Positions 1-13,045 of a stretch of DNA of 64,000 nt are shown piece by piece; the first letter of the stretch is position 1; the number at the start of each line of letters is the position of its first letter. The DNA is from Antedon mediterranea (Eukaryota > Animalia > Echinodermata), in the NCBI RefSeq assembly GCF_964355755.1, contig NC_092671.1:38078304-38142303 (forward strand), given 5' to 3'. A program made the position numbers and the translations under genes. The notes below the pieces were generated by a model that saw only the letters and a program-made list of their open reading frames with translations, was not told the origin of the DNA and did not search any database.

Positions 1-6
1 GAAGTA

Positions 7-3000
7 ATGGGAGTAAAGTTGGAGGTGGTTCCAGTACTGGTTGTACCATCAACGACATCTAGAGTAAAGATGCCCTGTCTCATTGGAACGAATGTGATAC
101 GACCAACACGTGACAAACTACATGGTCAGTATGGACGGTCGTTTATGGAAATCGTTTGGGAGAAATCTACTACATGGTTTGCAGCATACCAGTCTCTAAA
201 TGGTGATGGGATGGACCTTGCTGATGCAACTGGTGAAATAGGAGCGATTCATTATAGGGGACGCCCAATCACTTTTAAGCCTGGGGCCCAGCGAGATGTC
301 GTTGGATATGCACCAACCCACACAGACGGCCGCACATTCTGGAAATGTTGAGGGTAGGCAGTTTACTGACAGAAGTCAAGGAGGGTAAAGTAACTGTGCG
401 GATGTGTAACCTTTCATCAACAACAGTGATGCTTAATAAAGGTAATCTAATAGCTAACTTGTTGTATGCAACACCAGCCGAAGACTTAGCACATACAACT
501 CGACTCGTTCTTTCCAGTGAAAACTCGGTGTTGGTAAACAAACAGGAATTAAAGCAAATACCTGATGTACATGTTCCAACTGGAGACTTGTCAGAAACAG
601 AAATTAAGGCCCTCCACAATATCCTCTGTCAAAACTCTGATGTCTTCTCCATGGGTTCAGATGATTTTGGCCACACCACAACTCTTCAGGATGATATACC
701 CCTCATCGATTCAACCCCATTCAGAATGCCATATCGCCGCATACCACCCTCAGACTTCAAGGAAGTAAGAGAACATATTCAAGGCCTAGAAAGTGCTGGT
801 GTTATAAAGGGAAGCAAGAGCCCATTTGCCTCTCCTATCGTCATTGTTAGAAAGAAGACTGGCCAGATCAGACTATGCGTCGACTACCGAAAACTCAACT
901 CAAGGACGGTTCGTGATGCGTATCCGCTTCCGAGGATCGACGAATCTTTAGATGCATTGGGGAAAGCTCGTTATTTTTTCAAGTTTGGACTTAATGTCTG
1001 GCTATCTGCATGTGCAGATGGCCGAAGCTGACCAACCTAAGACGGCATTCACAACTCCACTGGGTTTATTCGAGTATACGAGGATGCCTTTCGGATTAAC
1101 TAATGCCCCTGCTACCTTTCAACGCCTAATGACTGTAGTATTCGGAGATATGAACTTAACAGAGGTACTCATTTACCTGGACGATATTATCATATTTAGC
1201 TCAACTATAGAAGAACACCTCATGCGTTTAGAAAAAGTATTTTCTCGATTGCGAGAACATGGACTTAAATTACAACCAAATAAGTGTCACCTACTTCAGC
1301 GAGAGGTCAAATATCTGGGCCGGACACAGGGTCTCCGAACACGGCATCTCAACCGACCCAGAGAAAACTGAAGCAGTAAGAGAATGGCCGGTCCCTAAGT
1401 CCAAGAAAGATGTTAGAAGTTTTTTGGGATTCACAGGATACTACCGGAGATTCATTCAAAACTATGCCAAGATAGCGAAACCTTTGTTTGAGATGGTCGG
1501 AGGTAAACACAAGCCTAAGGGTACAACCAAGCTGCCAGAGTTCAAATGGACTGACGAGTGTTTAGTATCATACAATACCTTGAAACAGAAGATGTTAGCT
1601 ACTCCTATTCTATCTTATCCAGATTTCGCACTACCATTTGTTTTGCAGACCGACGCCTCCCTAGATGGCTTTGGAGCCATCCTGGCTCAAATCCAGGATG
1701 GGCAAGAGAAGGTAATCGCTTATGCAAGTAGAAGCCTCACCGCTGGTGAAAAGCATTATCCGGCACACAAACTGGAGTTTAGAGCGCTACATTGGGCTGC
1801 GACTGTGAAATTTAAAGATTACGTCTACGGACATAAGGTATTGGCTCGCACCGATAATAACCCACTCACGTATGTCCTTAAATCAGCTAAGCTAGATGCA
1901 CATGGTCAGCGCTGGGTTAACGATATGGCAAGGTGTGATCTTGAGATCGAGTACCGACCGGGAAAGTCGAACGATAATGCAGATGGTCTATCTCGTATTA
2001 CAAGGTTCGAAGTTCAAAAGGCCCTAGACAGCGCTACTGGCATTATGGGTGCCCATCACGCCAACCCTGTTATATCTCACTACTCACAAATCCTACCAGA
2101 ATTAGATACCGAAGAAATTATCCGTGCGCAACGGAATGATGAATCCATAGGAAGGGTATTGGAATTGTTCAGCTGTGGTGGAAAACCAAGTAGACGACAG
2201 GCTAACAAAGAAAGCAGAATGGTGCAGAAATTGTTAAGAAAATGGGATCATTTTGTAGTTCAGGCGGGAGTCTTAGTTTTCCAACAGGTAGATGGCCAAC
2301 GAAGGGTACTTTTGCCAAAACTTTACCGCAACAGAGTATTGAAGAGCGTCCACGACCAGATGGGTCATCTCGGATATGACCGCACTCTCTCCCTTCTAGA
2401 AGAACGATGTTTTTGGCCAAACTTGCGAAAAGAAGTACGAACCTATATTGACAGATGTAAAAGATGTACTTTACGTAAAACTCAGGACCCACAAGCCATA
2501 GCACCATTATCTGGAATTAAATCATCTCGACCATTGGAGTTAGTTTGTCTGGATTTCCTGAGTCTGGAAGCTTCGTCGGGTGGAATAGAAAATGTTCTTG
2601 TAATCACGGACCATTTTACTCGATACGCGCAAGCTTACCCAACAAGGAACCAGACAGCTGTGACGGTGGCCCAGACCTTGTGGAGCAAATTTATCATCCA
2701 CTATGGGACACCGGAAAGGATACACAGCGACCAAGGGAAGTGTTTTGAGGCTGAGGTTATACAGGAACTGTGCAAACTCCTTAAAATAAAAAAGAGCCGA
2801 ACCACACCTTATCACCCACAGGGGAATGGCATGACGGAGCGATTCAACTCTACATTACTCAATATGTTGGGAACGCTTCAGCCTCACCAGAAACCTCGGT
2901 GGCGTGACTATGTAGAGGCCATGACACACGCCTACAATTGTACCACGCATTCATCAACTGGGTTCACTCCATTCTTTTTAATATTTATGCGGAAACCGAG

Positions 3001-3634
3001 AGTGCCTTCAGACTTAGTATTCGAACTAGAGACAGATGGAGAGGAATTCATTGACACAAATGAAGCTGATTTCGTCCATCGACTCAGAAACCAGCTTCAA
3101 GAAGCTTACGACTTAGCAGCGACGCATGCAAATGCTGCAAGAAAGAAGCAAAAAAATGCGTACAACAAAAGGTCCCGTGGAGTTGATTTGAACGTTGGAG
3201 ACTCTGTTTTAGTTGCTAACAAGTCATTGCGGGGCCGTAATAAACTGAGGGATAGATGGGAGGAAACACCATATACCATAATTCATCACACCCAAGGTCA
3301 GCCCACATTCACTGTGCGCCGAAATAATGATGGCAGAGAGCGAACTGTTCACCGTAACCTATTGACACCATGTACCTTTGAAAATGTTGATAGTGGTGAT
3401 AGTAGTTGCAACAGTGCACACGAGTCTCCTTCAACTGATGATGATGATCCAGAAGTTTACAGAACGGATGATCCAGACTTGATTCCTCCTCCTGCTGAAT
3501 TTTGTACTCACTCCCCCACTACTAACATTACGGATAAGGATGGGCACGGCAGTGATTACTTTGCCAAAAGAGTTAGACTCCCACCTAAACGGTTTGGAGA
3601 ATGGGAAACTAATGCTGTTTTTTCTCGTAAATAA
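7..3634 (+). pseudogene. pol: Gypsy pol (end of protease, RT, RNase H, integrase), broken by three frameshifts (~348, ~980, ~1320)
   Basis: Motifs CLIGTN, SPFASPIVIVRKK, LCVDYRKLN, MPFGLTNAP, YLDD, TDAS, HHCC zinc finger (H..MGH...C..C), LDF/HSDQG/ER integrase triad spread across ORFs 7-351, 345-1031, 952-1371, 1259-3634. Confidence 0.93.
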
Positions 3635-3861
3635 GAATATGTTTATAATTTTATTATCTGATTATGTCGTTGGGACAACATCACTCTTAACCTGGGGTGG
3701 GTGTGAAGGTACATACCTGTATATGCAGATAGGTTACACGGCTTAATTAATTAATTAAAGAGAAAAAAAATTTTTATATCTTTCAGTTTATCTAATTATG
3801 TAACTATGGTATATCATATGTAATGTTGTTAGGGACTAACAACGATTTAAGCTGTGGTGGA

Positions 3862-4398
3862 TGTGAGGGTGTAAATTGTACACCTCCGCATAGAATAAAT
3901 AGGACGGGACAATTTACATGTTGGTCCAGTTTTATGACACAGGTTAATAAAAATAAATAAATAGTGTTACATAAATATTTATTATCACGGTCTAATATGG
4001 CATTTTTAATGTATGGGTAGATAATGTGTTAAGCGGAATAATCCGCACCCATTACGCGTATTCGTCGGAGAATGGTAAGCTTGGGATGATACCTGATACA
4101 TCCTCTCTCCTTCGGACGCTTGCATCGACTAGACGTGTATTTGCCTAGCCTGTTAAACAATTTAATTATTTCTTTTTGTTGAGAGCACATCGTTTGATCT
4201 TGATGTAATCTGTCTTGTTCCTGTTTACTGTTAGCGACGGCTGCAGTGTTGTGTTGGGTTTTTAGCTTCTGTTTCTGTTATTAAACAATTACGATTAAAC
4301 TGGAAACTGAATCAGGTCTATTCTATTATGTGTCAGTGATCATTAATTGCTCTCCCACAAGCTATTCAAACACCAACGGACACGATCCGAAGGTCACA
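3862..4398 (+). repeat. Putative 3' LTR of the Gypsy element (alternative start 3702)
   Basis: Begins TGTGA right after PPT-like AAGCTGTGGTGGA and ends TCACA; the partner LTR is not in the window. Confidence 0.65.
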
Positions 4399-4399
4399 T

Positions 4400-6165
4400 A
4401 ATCACAGGTGTATAATATTTACAAATCTAAATACAAATATATAAAAGCAACAATACAAAAGAAAAACAATCTATATATTGGGAGATTTAAGTTCTGACCG
4501 TTTCTCCCTTGCAGCTCTTGTGTATTGTTTACAAAACAAATCAAAAAAGGTCTCAGATTCTTTACAAATCGCGATAGAATCTCCACCTAAAATATACTGT
4601 AATTTATCATCAGCACTTGCTGTTGTGTAACGATTCCATGTGTCATATTCATTACAGAGCACAAGGTTATTTTGTAGAATGGATAATTCTTTCATTCTAA
4701 TATTATCAAATGCTTTACAGTTTAATAAAAAATGTTTAATGTCTTCAATTTCACCATTCCCACATAAAGTACAAAGACCGGACACATCATTGGACCATTT
4801 ATAAGTTTTACAATCTAAAGGTAGAGTGTTAGATCTTAATTTGAATTTCAGACTTGTCTCATAAAAATGTGTTTTATCAAGTAAATATTTTTCTAAATTA
4901 GGGAAAGGTTTCAATATTGATTATAAATTTAGGTTTTGAGGTTTTTTGCATTATATTATTTGACCACTCTGATTTATATGATTCTGACACACATCGCTCG
5001 ACATTGCTGACTGAGAAAGGAACAATAGTTAAACTATCATATCAAAAACATTGTTGTAAAAGCCTATATCTGTAGCCTACATTTTTCAAATATGTCAACA
5101 CAACTACTAAGAAATTTATATTTTAAACGATCAAAGTCACATTTCAATTGTAGCATAGAGTTAAGTACACTATTAGGCCACCTGTGGTCATCCATAGTTA
5201 TAAAACGATTAAATAATTTAACTCTGGACAGTTTGTGTAACTTGGAGAATGGAACCCCCCCCCAAGGTCACCATAAAGTGCCTCTTTTAGTGGAGTATAC
5301 CGTGGAGCTTTGAGAAGAAAGCGGGCCATTTGCAATTGCACTTTCTCTAGGTCTTCGTTATCCTTCTTGGATTTATTATACCAAATGCTACAAGCATAAT
5401 TTATTGAAGGAATTGCAATGGTTTTCCACAGTATGTTTCCATAGTACACTCGGTTAAAGTCATCAAGGTTAGCTATGATACCTTTGATAAAGCTATAAGC
5501 CGGTTGCCCTTTTGGATAACATGTTCATAATGTGAATGTTCACTCATGTTTGAGGAAATATAGACCCCTAAATATTTGTAACTATTTACTTCTTTTATCG
5601 ATTTCACCTAATTTCCACTCTTTATCTTTATTTATGCGTTTTCCAACAACCATGACATTTGATTTTCATGATTAAAACCAAGTTTCAATTCTTTGGCGAA
5701 TATATTGGCAATTTCTAACATTTCAGTCATTTCCCTTTCATTATTAGCAATCAATATAACATCATCAGCCCAAAAGAGCCCTCCCATCCAGACACCATTT
5801 ATTCTTACCCCGAAATTGCTTTCACGAAGAAGTTTAACAAATTCATTAATAAATATAGAAAATAAAATTGGTGAGAGTACACACCCTTGTTTTAATCCTT
5901 TGTGGATATTAAACTCATCGGTCATGCTTTCCCCCACTTTTACTTTTGCTTTAACATTGTCATATAGTGAGCTTATTATTTTCCAAATTTTCCCTCTAAC
6001 TCCCGTATCCCAGGCACCATCACGCCATACACTATCAAATGCTTTTCGGAAGTCCAGGAAAGCTAGATGTGTAGTTTTACCTTCAATTGAACGACAAGAT
6101 AAAATGCTTTTCAATGTAAAGATGTGATCTTCACAACGGTGATAGGCTCTAAAGCCTCCTTGGCT
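4400..6165 (-). pseudogene. 5'-truncated, degraded RTE-X-like LINE (RT and C-terminal zinc finger), related to the element at 16957-23242
   Basis: QGGFRAYHRCEDHIFTLKS, AFLDFRKAFDSVWRDG, KQGCVLSP, FWADD, LKFKLRSNTLPL and CTLC..H..C match ORF2 at 19279-22698. Confidence 0.9.
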
Positions 6166-7856
6166 TTGTTAAAATTTGTTAAAATATAATTAGGAAAAAA
6201 ATGTCTAGTTTTTATCAATATTCCAATAGACCTAGCGGTTTTTTTGCTAATAAGCCTTATATGATTTTTCCAGCAAAGGTTCTCATTTATTACAACCTCA
6301 AGAAATGTTACATTTTTTTGTTGTTCTAAAGTAATGTTATTCATTTTCAATTCAATGTTGGTTGTAATAATACGCCTTTGGGCAGTTTTAAAGATTACGT
6401 AATTTGTTTTGCTGGTGTTTAATAAAAGTTTATTAGCTTTGAACCACATATTAATTCTATCTAGTTCCACATTCATAGTGTTTGCCAATGCGTTCAGGTT
6501 ATTTCCACACTTGAATCCTGTTGTATAATCGGCAAAGCTAATTAATTCAATTTGTGTACTTGAGTTACATATATCGTTTACATATACAAGAAACAACAAA
6601 GGTCCCAAAACGGCCCCTTGTGGAACACCAATACTAGTCTCCTTAATATTAGACGAAGTACCATTTATAAAAACATATTGCTTTCGTGATTTTAAGTAGT
6701 TACTGAACCATTTTAGTGTAACACCTCTTATACCATAGTGGAATAGCTTGTTCAGTAATATACTGTGGTCAATAATATCAAATGCATAAATGTGGCAATT
6801 ACGAACTCTTTGTTTTCAAATGCCTTTAGTATTTTGTGGATCAGATCAATTATAGCGTGGGAGGTTGAATGATTGTTTCGAAAGCCGTATTGTCATTCAT
6901 TTAGTATAGTGTAATTAAGTTTTAAAGTAATTATAAAATCGGGAATGGACTATCTTTTCAAAGATTTTAGAGAAAATTGGTAGTAGTGATATCGGGTGAT
7001 AATTCGAGGCTAAATTACGGTCCCCTTTTTTGTATATGGGAATTACTTTTGCAATTTTTATCTGTTCCGGTATTGAGCCGGAGTGAAGAGATACGTTAAA
7101 TATATAAGTCAAGGGCTTTACAATAGCATCACCAACTGCCTTGACCACCTTTGGTGAAATATCATCAAAACCAGGTGTTTTGTTTGCATCAAGTGATTGA
7201 ATCACTTTTAACACTTCCTCCTCATTTACATGGTAGAAAAACATAGAGTTACTTTGCCTGTTTAGCAGGTAATCAGAGTATTGTGCCGTTGATGGCTCAA
7301 TACTGTCTCGTACCTTGAGACCAACATTAATAAAATAATCCTTAATGTGGTTTGCAATAGGCTCACAACCCTCTATGAGTTTGTCACCAGATGTAAAAGT
7401 GGATGGAACATTATTTTTGCCTCCACCTGGATTTATAATATCATTTATAATATTCCATGTTTTTTTTTTATTTCCTTTAGTATTGTTAAAAACATTTTCA
7501 TAATATGATTTCTTTGCCTTTTTGCATGTACGCATAAATGACTTATTAAACTCTTTATAAATATCCTTATTTTTAGACGAGGGATGTTTTATAAATTTGT
7601 TGTACAACACATGTTTTCTTTTGCTAGACTTTAAGAGTCTTGAGCTCATCCATGGTTGTTTGAACTTTTTATACTTTTTGTGATTTTCTTGAACTTTTGC
7701 TTTTTTTAAAAATTGTTTATTATATAATTTTTTGAAAGTGTTGATAAAAGCATTGTAAGCATCATCAGGGTTTGTCCTTACATATACATCAGCCCAATCA
7801 ACAGGTAATAAGTCATTATATAGTTTATTTATATTTCTTTCGTTTATTGCATATTT
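6166..7856 (-). pseudogene. Internal fragment of an L2/Crack/CR1-group LINE ORF2
   Basis: KTPGFDDI, AKVIPIYKKGD..NYHPISLLP, GVPQGAVLGPLLFLVYVND, FADY (decayed ADD); stops and frameshifts. Confidence 0.88.
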
Positions 7857-7857
7857 A

Positions 7858-9860
7858 TGAGGTTGCCACTTACTATCGCCCACCTAATCTCAAACGCGAT
7901 TCTTTGAACATCTCATCGAAACTTTGGAGTCATCCATGCGGAGCTATCCAGACCATAAACTCCTAATCGTAGGAGATTTTAATTTCTCGGACATACTCTG
8001 GCTTCCTGACGGCACATACCACGCACCAGCAAACTCCATATCTGAACTATTTACGGATTCTGTTCTCGATGGACTTAACGTCAAACAATGCAACTTAATT
8101 AACACTTGGAACAATAACATTCTGTATTTAGCCTTGAGTAACAACAACGATTTGGTATACGAGATAAAAACTGGTCAAAATGTGTTCGATTCTGACCATG
8201 AATCAATCTCTTTCATGCTCAAGTTTGACGATAACATTGCTTTTTTTAATAATTTTACTAGATATCAATTTAATTATAAAAAAGCAAACTTTAGAGAACT
8301 AAACGAAACTTTTAAAAGGGTCCCTTGGGAAGTCCTATTTGATGTTAGTAACGATATAAACGATAAGCTTGATAGATTTTACGATATGCTACTATTAGAG
8401 ACCTTGTTCCAGTTGTGAAAGTTAAAAAGAAAAGACCACCCTGATTTGATAGAGAATTAGTAACTGCTTTTAAGGACAAGCAGCATTTTCACAATATGTG
8501 GAAGAAATTTCCTTCCATTATTAGCAGGCAAAACGTCTTTGTTGCCCGACGAAATTTTAACAAATTAACTAACTTCATTGTAATCTAATATTAAAACCAA
8601 CCCCAAACGATTTTGGTCATGGTTAAAAAACAACAACAACAGAGTCTTAAAATCTCCCATTACCAATCATGCTAATGAGGCTGCGGAGACGCCGCAAGCC
8701 AAAGCTAGTTTGTTTAATAATGTTTTTGTTTCTAATTTCTCAGACTCCAGGGACACTGAACCTGCGGAGTATCGATGTCTCCCAGAGGTAAACGCTGATG
8801 TCTTGAACAACATCATTATTCGGCAGGATGAAGTTGACCAGATCTTGAGGTCGCTCGACGTGCACAAGGCGGCGGCCAATGACCCTATTAGCAACCAAAT
8901 CCTTAAGTTCTGTTCCACCTCCTTATCCTTTCCAATCACGCGCATATTTCGTCTCTCTGTCCAGACTGGTGTTTCCCTGAAAGATGGAAAACCGCCAACG
9001 TTGTCCCCATACACAAAGCTAATTCAAGACTTTAAGTTAATAATTACAGACTCATTTCATTACTCCCCACTATATCAATAGTTTTCGAACACATTGTCCA
9101 CAAGCAACTCTTGAACCACGTTTCTCCGCGCTTCAGGGAGACATAGATTCGAATGGACCACCGTCTGGAAACTGTCTCTGTTCTTTAAAAAAGAAAGAAA
9201 ATCTTGTCGCTTACGAATACAAAATTAACTGTTATTCGCTGGAAAGGGTTGAAGTGCACCGGGATCTTGGCGTTCACGTGGATGAAAAATTAACTTTTTC
9301 TACTCACGTGGATACTATCGCTAAAAAAGCGAACCGGCTGCTCGGGCTGATGTGGAGACATTGCCAATATCTTTCACCTCTAGCTAAATTTGCCCTTTAT
9401 ACCTCATTAATTACTCCGTCCTTGACTTTTGTTCTGTTATCTACAACTCAATATCCCAAATTCATGCCACAACAATCGATTGGATTCATACTAAATTCAT
9501 AAAGTTCCTCGGCCCAGCAGCCGGTTCTCTTAACACCAGTAAATTCTTGCCAAGTACTAGACGCACACGAACCGACATGATTTTTCTTTTTAAATGCCTA
9601 AATTCAAAGTTTGATTGTAAATTTGTCTCTCAATTTCATTTTCGTGTCCCTGTGCGTAAACTTCGTATTAATAATCTTTTAAAAGTGCAGTTTTCTCGTG
9701 TTAATGTATGTAAAAACGGTATTTTTTGTCGGGTTGCTCATTCTTATAATAGTTTAGTTCAAATGTTTCCTTACATCGATATTTTTAGTTGTAATACTTC
9801 TGCTTTTAATGTCATTTTTAATAATATATAAATCTGTTTGTTCCTTGTTCTTGTTTATGC
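7858..9860 (+). pseudogene. Degraded CR1/Jockey-group LINE ORF2 (endonuclease to C-terminus, RT core deleted near 9130-9180); 3' UTR and (TAAA)n tail probably resume at ~10721-10797
   Basis: VATYYRPP, GDFNF, SDH, NYKKANF, NPKRFWS, RDLGV..D.KLTF motifs. Confidence 0.82.
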
Positions 9861-10720
9861 AAATCAAATTTGCAAAATGATCTCAAGGCATTATCCGATT
9901 GGTCTAAAAGATGGCAGCTGAAATTCAACATTAATAAATGTAAAGTAATACATTATGGAAATTCAAATCCACAAATGCAATTCACTATGCCAACAGAGGA
10001 AGGTGACGAGGATCTGCCAAATGCCAATACTGAAAAGGACCTTGGAGTTACTTTTGATCAGTCTTTAAAATTTTCAATACATACGAATGAAGCTGTAAAT
10101 AAAGCAAATAGACTCATTGGATTGGTAAGGCGATCTTTTGCTTACATGGATAAGGATATGTTCCTGCCCCTTTATTATAAAAGTATAATTCGACCTCATC
10201 TGGAATACGCAAGCTGTATATGGTACCCTCTCCTAAAAGGTGATTTGGATAAGCTTGAAAGAGTGCAGCGTAGGGCCACTAAAATTGTCAAAAAGTTAAG
10301 AGATAAATCTTACGATCAGAGATTAAAAGAGCTTGGATTACCTACACTGAATTACAGAAGAAGGAGAGCGGACATTATACAAGTGTTTAAAATTATCAAG
10401 GGCTTGGATGATATTGAAGCCGAAACCTTTTTTGACTTCAGAGAGGACAGTAGAACAAGGGGCCATCAATTCAAATTAAGAAAGCCAAGAGCCCGACTGA
10501 AAATCAGAAGCCACTCCTTTTCATGTAGAATCGTCAACACATGGAACAATCTATACCACACTACAGTACAAGCAGAAAACATAAATGCATTCAAGGATCA
10601 ACTAAACAAAGACAGAGCAATGGGAGATAAATTTTGCTACCAATTTTAGATAAATACAGAAGAAATGGAGGGCGTTTAAAAGGCATTTGCCTTAATCAAG
10701 AGCCCGAAGATTCAAGTAAG
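9861..10720 (+). pseudogene. 5'-truncated CR1 LINE, 3' end of RT ORF
   Basis: ORF 9870..10649: WQLKFNINKCKV, EKDLGV, RPHLEY, LERVQRRATK, TRGHQFKL, FSCRIVNTWN. Confidence 0.9.
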
Positions 10721-11207
10721 AAATGTATATTTTATGGCGATCCTGTTTTGGTGTTTTACACGGTTGGATCTTGAATAAATAAATAAAAATAAATAAATTT
10801 TAATGAAACACGCATTTTGAACAAACACATTACAACATATTCTTTACGCATTTTTTATCACAATTTGAGAGAAAAATGCAAATTAATATTGGTATATTTT
10901 AAAAGTATAGAACATGCGAGTATTCATATTAGTAACACCACACATATCAACAAAAGTACGTAATATCAGGGAAAAATTACAACTTAATTTTTCCGTTGAA
11001 TTTTCTTGCGGTTCAGTACAATTTGTACACTAAAAAAATAAAATAACGTTGAATTACGTGTCTAACGTGTGCCACTGTTACACAAGTGATTCCATTAAAT
11101 TGTATTGTATTGTACAGATTAACAAACAAAAGAGTAAAAATAAAATCTAAAAATATTTGCATCGATTACCGTACCGAAAGTTAGTACCTTATTATCAGGG
11201 ACGTCCC

Positions 11208-13045
11208 CCCAGCAAACACATAACGTTTTTCTAACGTTCTCGTTTGGTTATTGTTTGGTTAGGTTACTACGAATGTTAAAAGAACATTAAAATAACGTTC
11301 ACTTAGCAAGACTTATTCGTCGGACATTCTTTCAACGTTGTAAAAACGTTTATAATAACGTTAATATATAACATTTTCCAAACTTGTTTTATTAACATTT
11401 ACCTAACGTTAAATAAACGTTCTAAAAAATGTTACGTTTTACCTCATACAGAACATTTATATTAACGTTTATGTAACGTTTGAAGGACATTTATAATAAC
11501 ATTCAAAATGTAACCATTACAAAACATGTTTTGATAACGTACATCTAATGTTAGAATAACGTTTACAATAATGTCCAAAAGTAACATTTACAAAACTAAT
11601 TCAGTAACATTTTTCTAACGTTAATTGAACGTTCACAATAACGTTGCAATCAATATGTTTTTATAACATGCTGATAACGTTAATCAGACAGTATAAAATA
11701 ACGTTCAAACTCAACATCTGTCTAACGTTCTAAATAATATTTATATAACGTCTCTAAAACATTCACAATAACATTGAAAAGCAACATCTACATAACTGTT
11801 TTAAATAATATTTGCCTAACGTGCAATCAACGTTCCCAATAACGTTGTAAATAAACCATTAGAAAACATATTGATAACATTTTGCGAACGTTATACAAAC
11901 GTTTACAATAACGTTAAAATATAACATCAACATAACTTTTTAAATAACGTTGAAATAACATTTACAATAAACGTTAAAAAATGACATCTACATAACATTT
12001 GTTTTTAATATTCACCTAACGTGTAATGAACGTTCCCAATAAAGTTGTAAATAAACCATCAAGCAACATTTCAATAACATGTTGCTAACGTTATACAAAC
12101 GTTTACAATAACGTTCAAATATAATATCAACATAACTTTTTAAATAACGTTGAAATAACATTTACAATAAACATTAAAATGTGACATCTACATAACATTT
12201 GTTTTAAACATTGACCTAACGTGTAATGAACGTTCCCAATAACGTTGTAAATAAACGATCATAAAAAGTTTTGATAACATTTTGCTAACGTTATACAAAC
12301 GTTTACAATAATGTTCAAATATAACATCAACATAACTTTGAAATAACGTAGAAATAACATTTACAATAAACATTAAAATGTGACATCTAAATAACATTTG
12401 TTTTTAACATTGGCCTAACGTGCAATGAACGTTCCCAATAACGTTGTAAGTAAACCAGTAGACAACGTTTTGGTAACATTTTGCTAACGTTAAAAAAACC
12501 GTTTACAATAACGTTCAAATATAACATCAACATAACTTTGAAATAACGTTGAAATAACATGTACAATAAACGTTATAATGTGACATCTAAATAACATTTG
12601 TTTTTAACAAGTATTTAACGTGTAATGAACGTTCCCATTAACGTTGTACTAATAAACCATCAAGCAACATTTCAATAACTTGTTGCTAACGTTATACAAA
12701 CGTTTACAATTTAAAACAAACGATTACATAACATGTTAACATTTTTCTAACGTTTTAGAAACATCCAAACATTCTTTTTTAGATAACGTTGAAACATTTA
12801 CAACAACCGTTTAAATTTAACATTTAGTACTAACGTGAATTGAACATTAACAATAACGTTGTAATGAAACCATTACATTTTGAAAACATTTTGCTAACGT
12901 TATACACACCTCTTGATAATAACGGGATCCTATCCCAAAAACGTTTAACTAAAACATCAATATGATTTTAACGTTGAGATATCTTATAAAATCTGTAGGC
13001 CGTAAATGAATTCTGTTGCTGATATTCGGATATGAATTTGCTGGG
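11208..13045. mobile_element. Non-autonomous TIR DNA transposon-like element containing a tandem array
   Basis: CCCAGCAAA at 11208 and TTTGCTGGG at 13037-13045; non-coding; internal repeat array. Confidence 0.55.
11420..12920. repeat. Tandem array with ~200-bp period built from TAACGTT/TAACATT sub-repeats
   Basis: Motif AACGTG(C/T)AAT(C/G)AACGTTCCCA(A/T)TA recurs at ~11818, 12018, 12218, 12417, 12617; degenerate copies on either side. Confidence 0.9.

Larger units (their letters stand above)
1..4398 (+). mobile_element. Ty3/Gypsy LTR retrotransposon, 3' portion (pol to 3' LTR); 5' part lies outside the window
   Basis: PR-RT-RNaseH-IN domain order in ORFs 7..3634, followed by PPT-like tracts and a TGTGA...TCACA bounded segment. 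Confidence 0.93.

Noticed and set aside
6111-6608. ORF as a genuine gene
   Set aside because: It spans the junction of two unrelated LINE fragments
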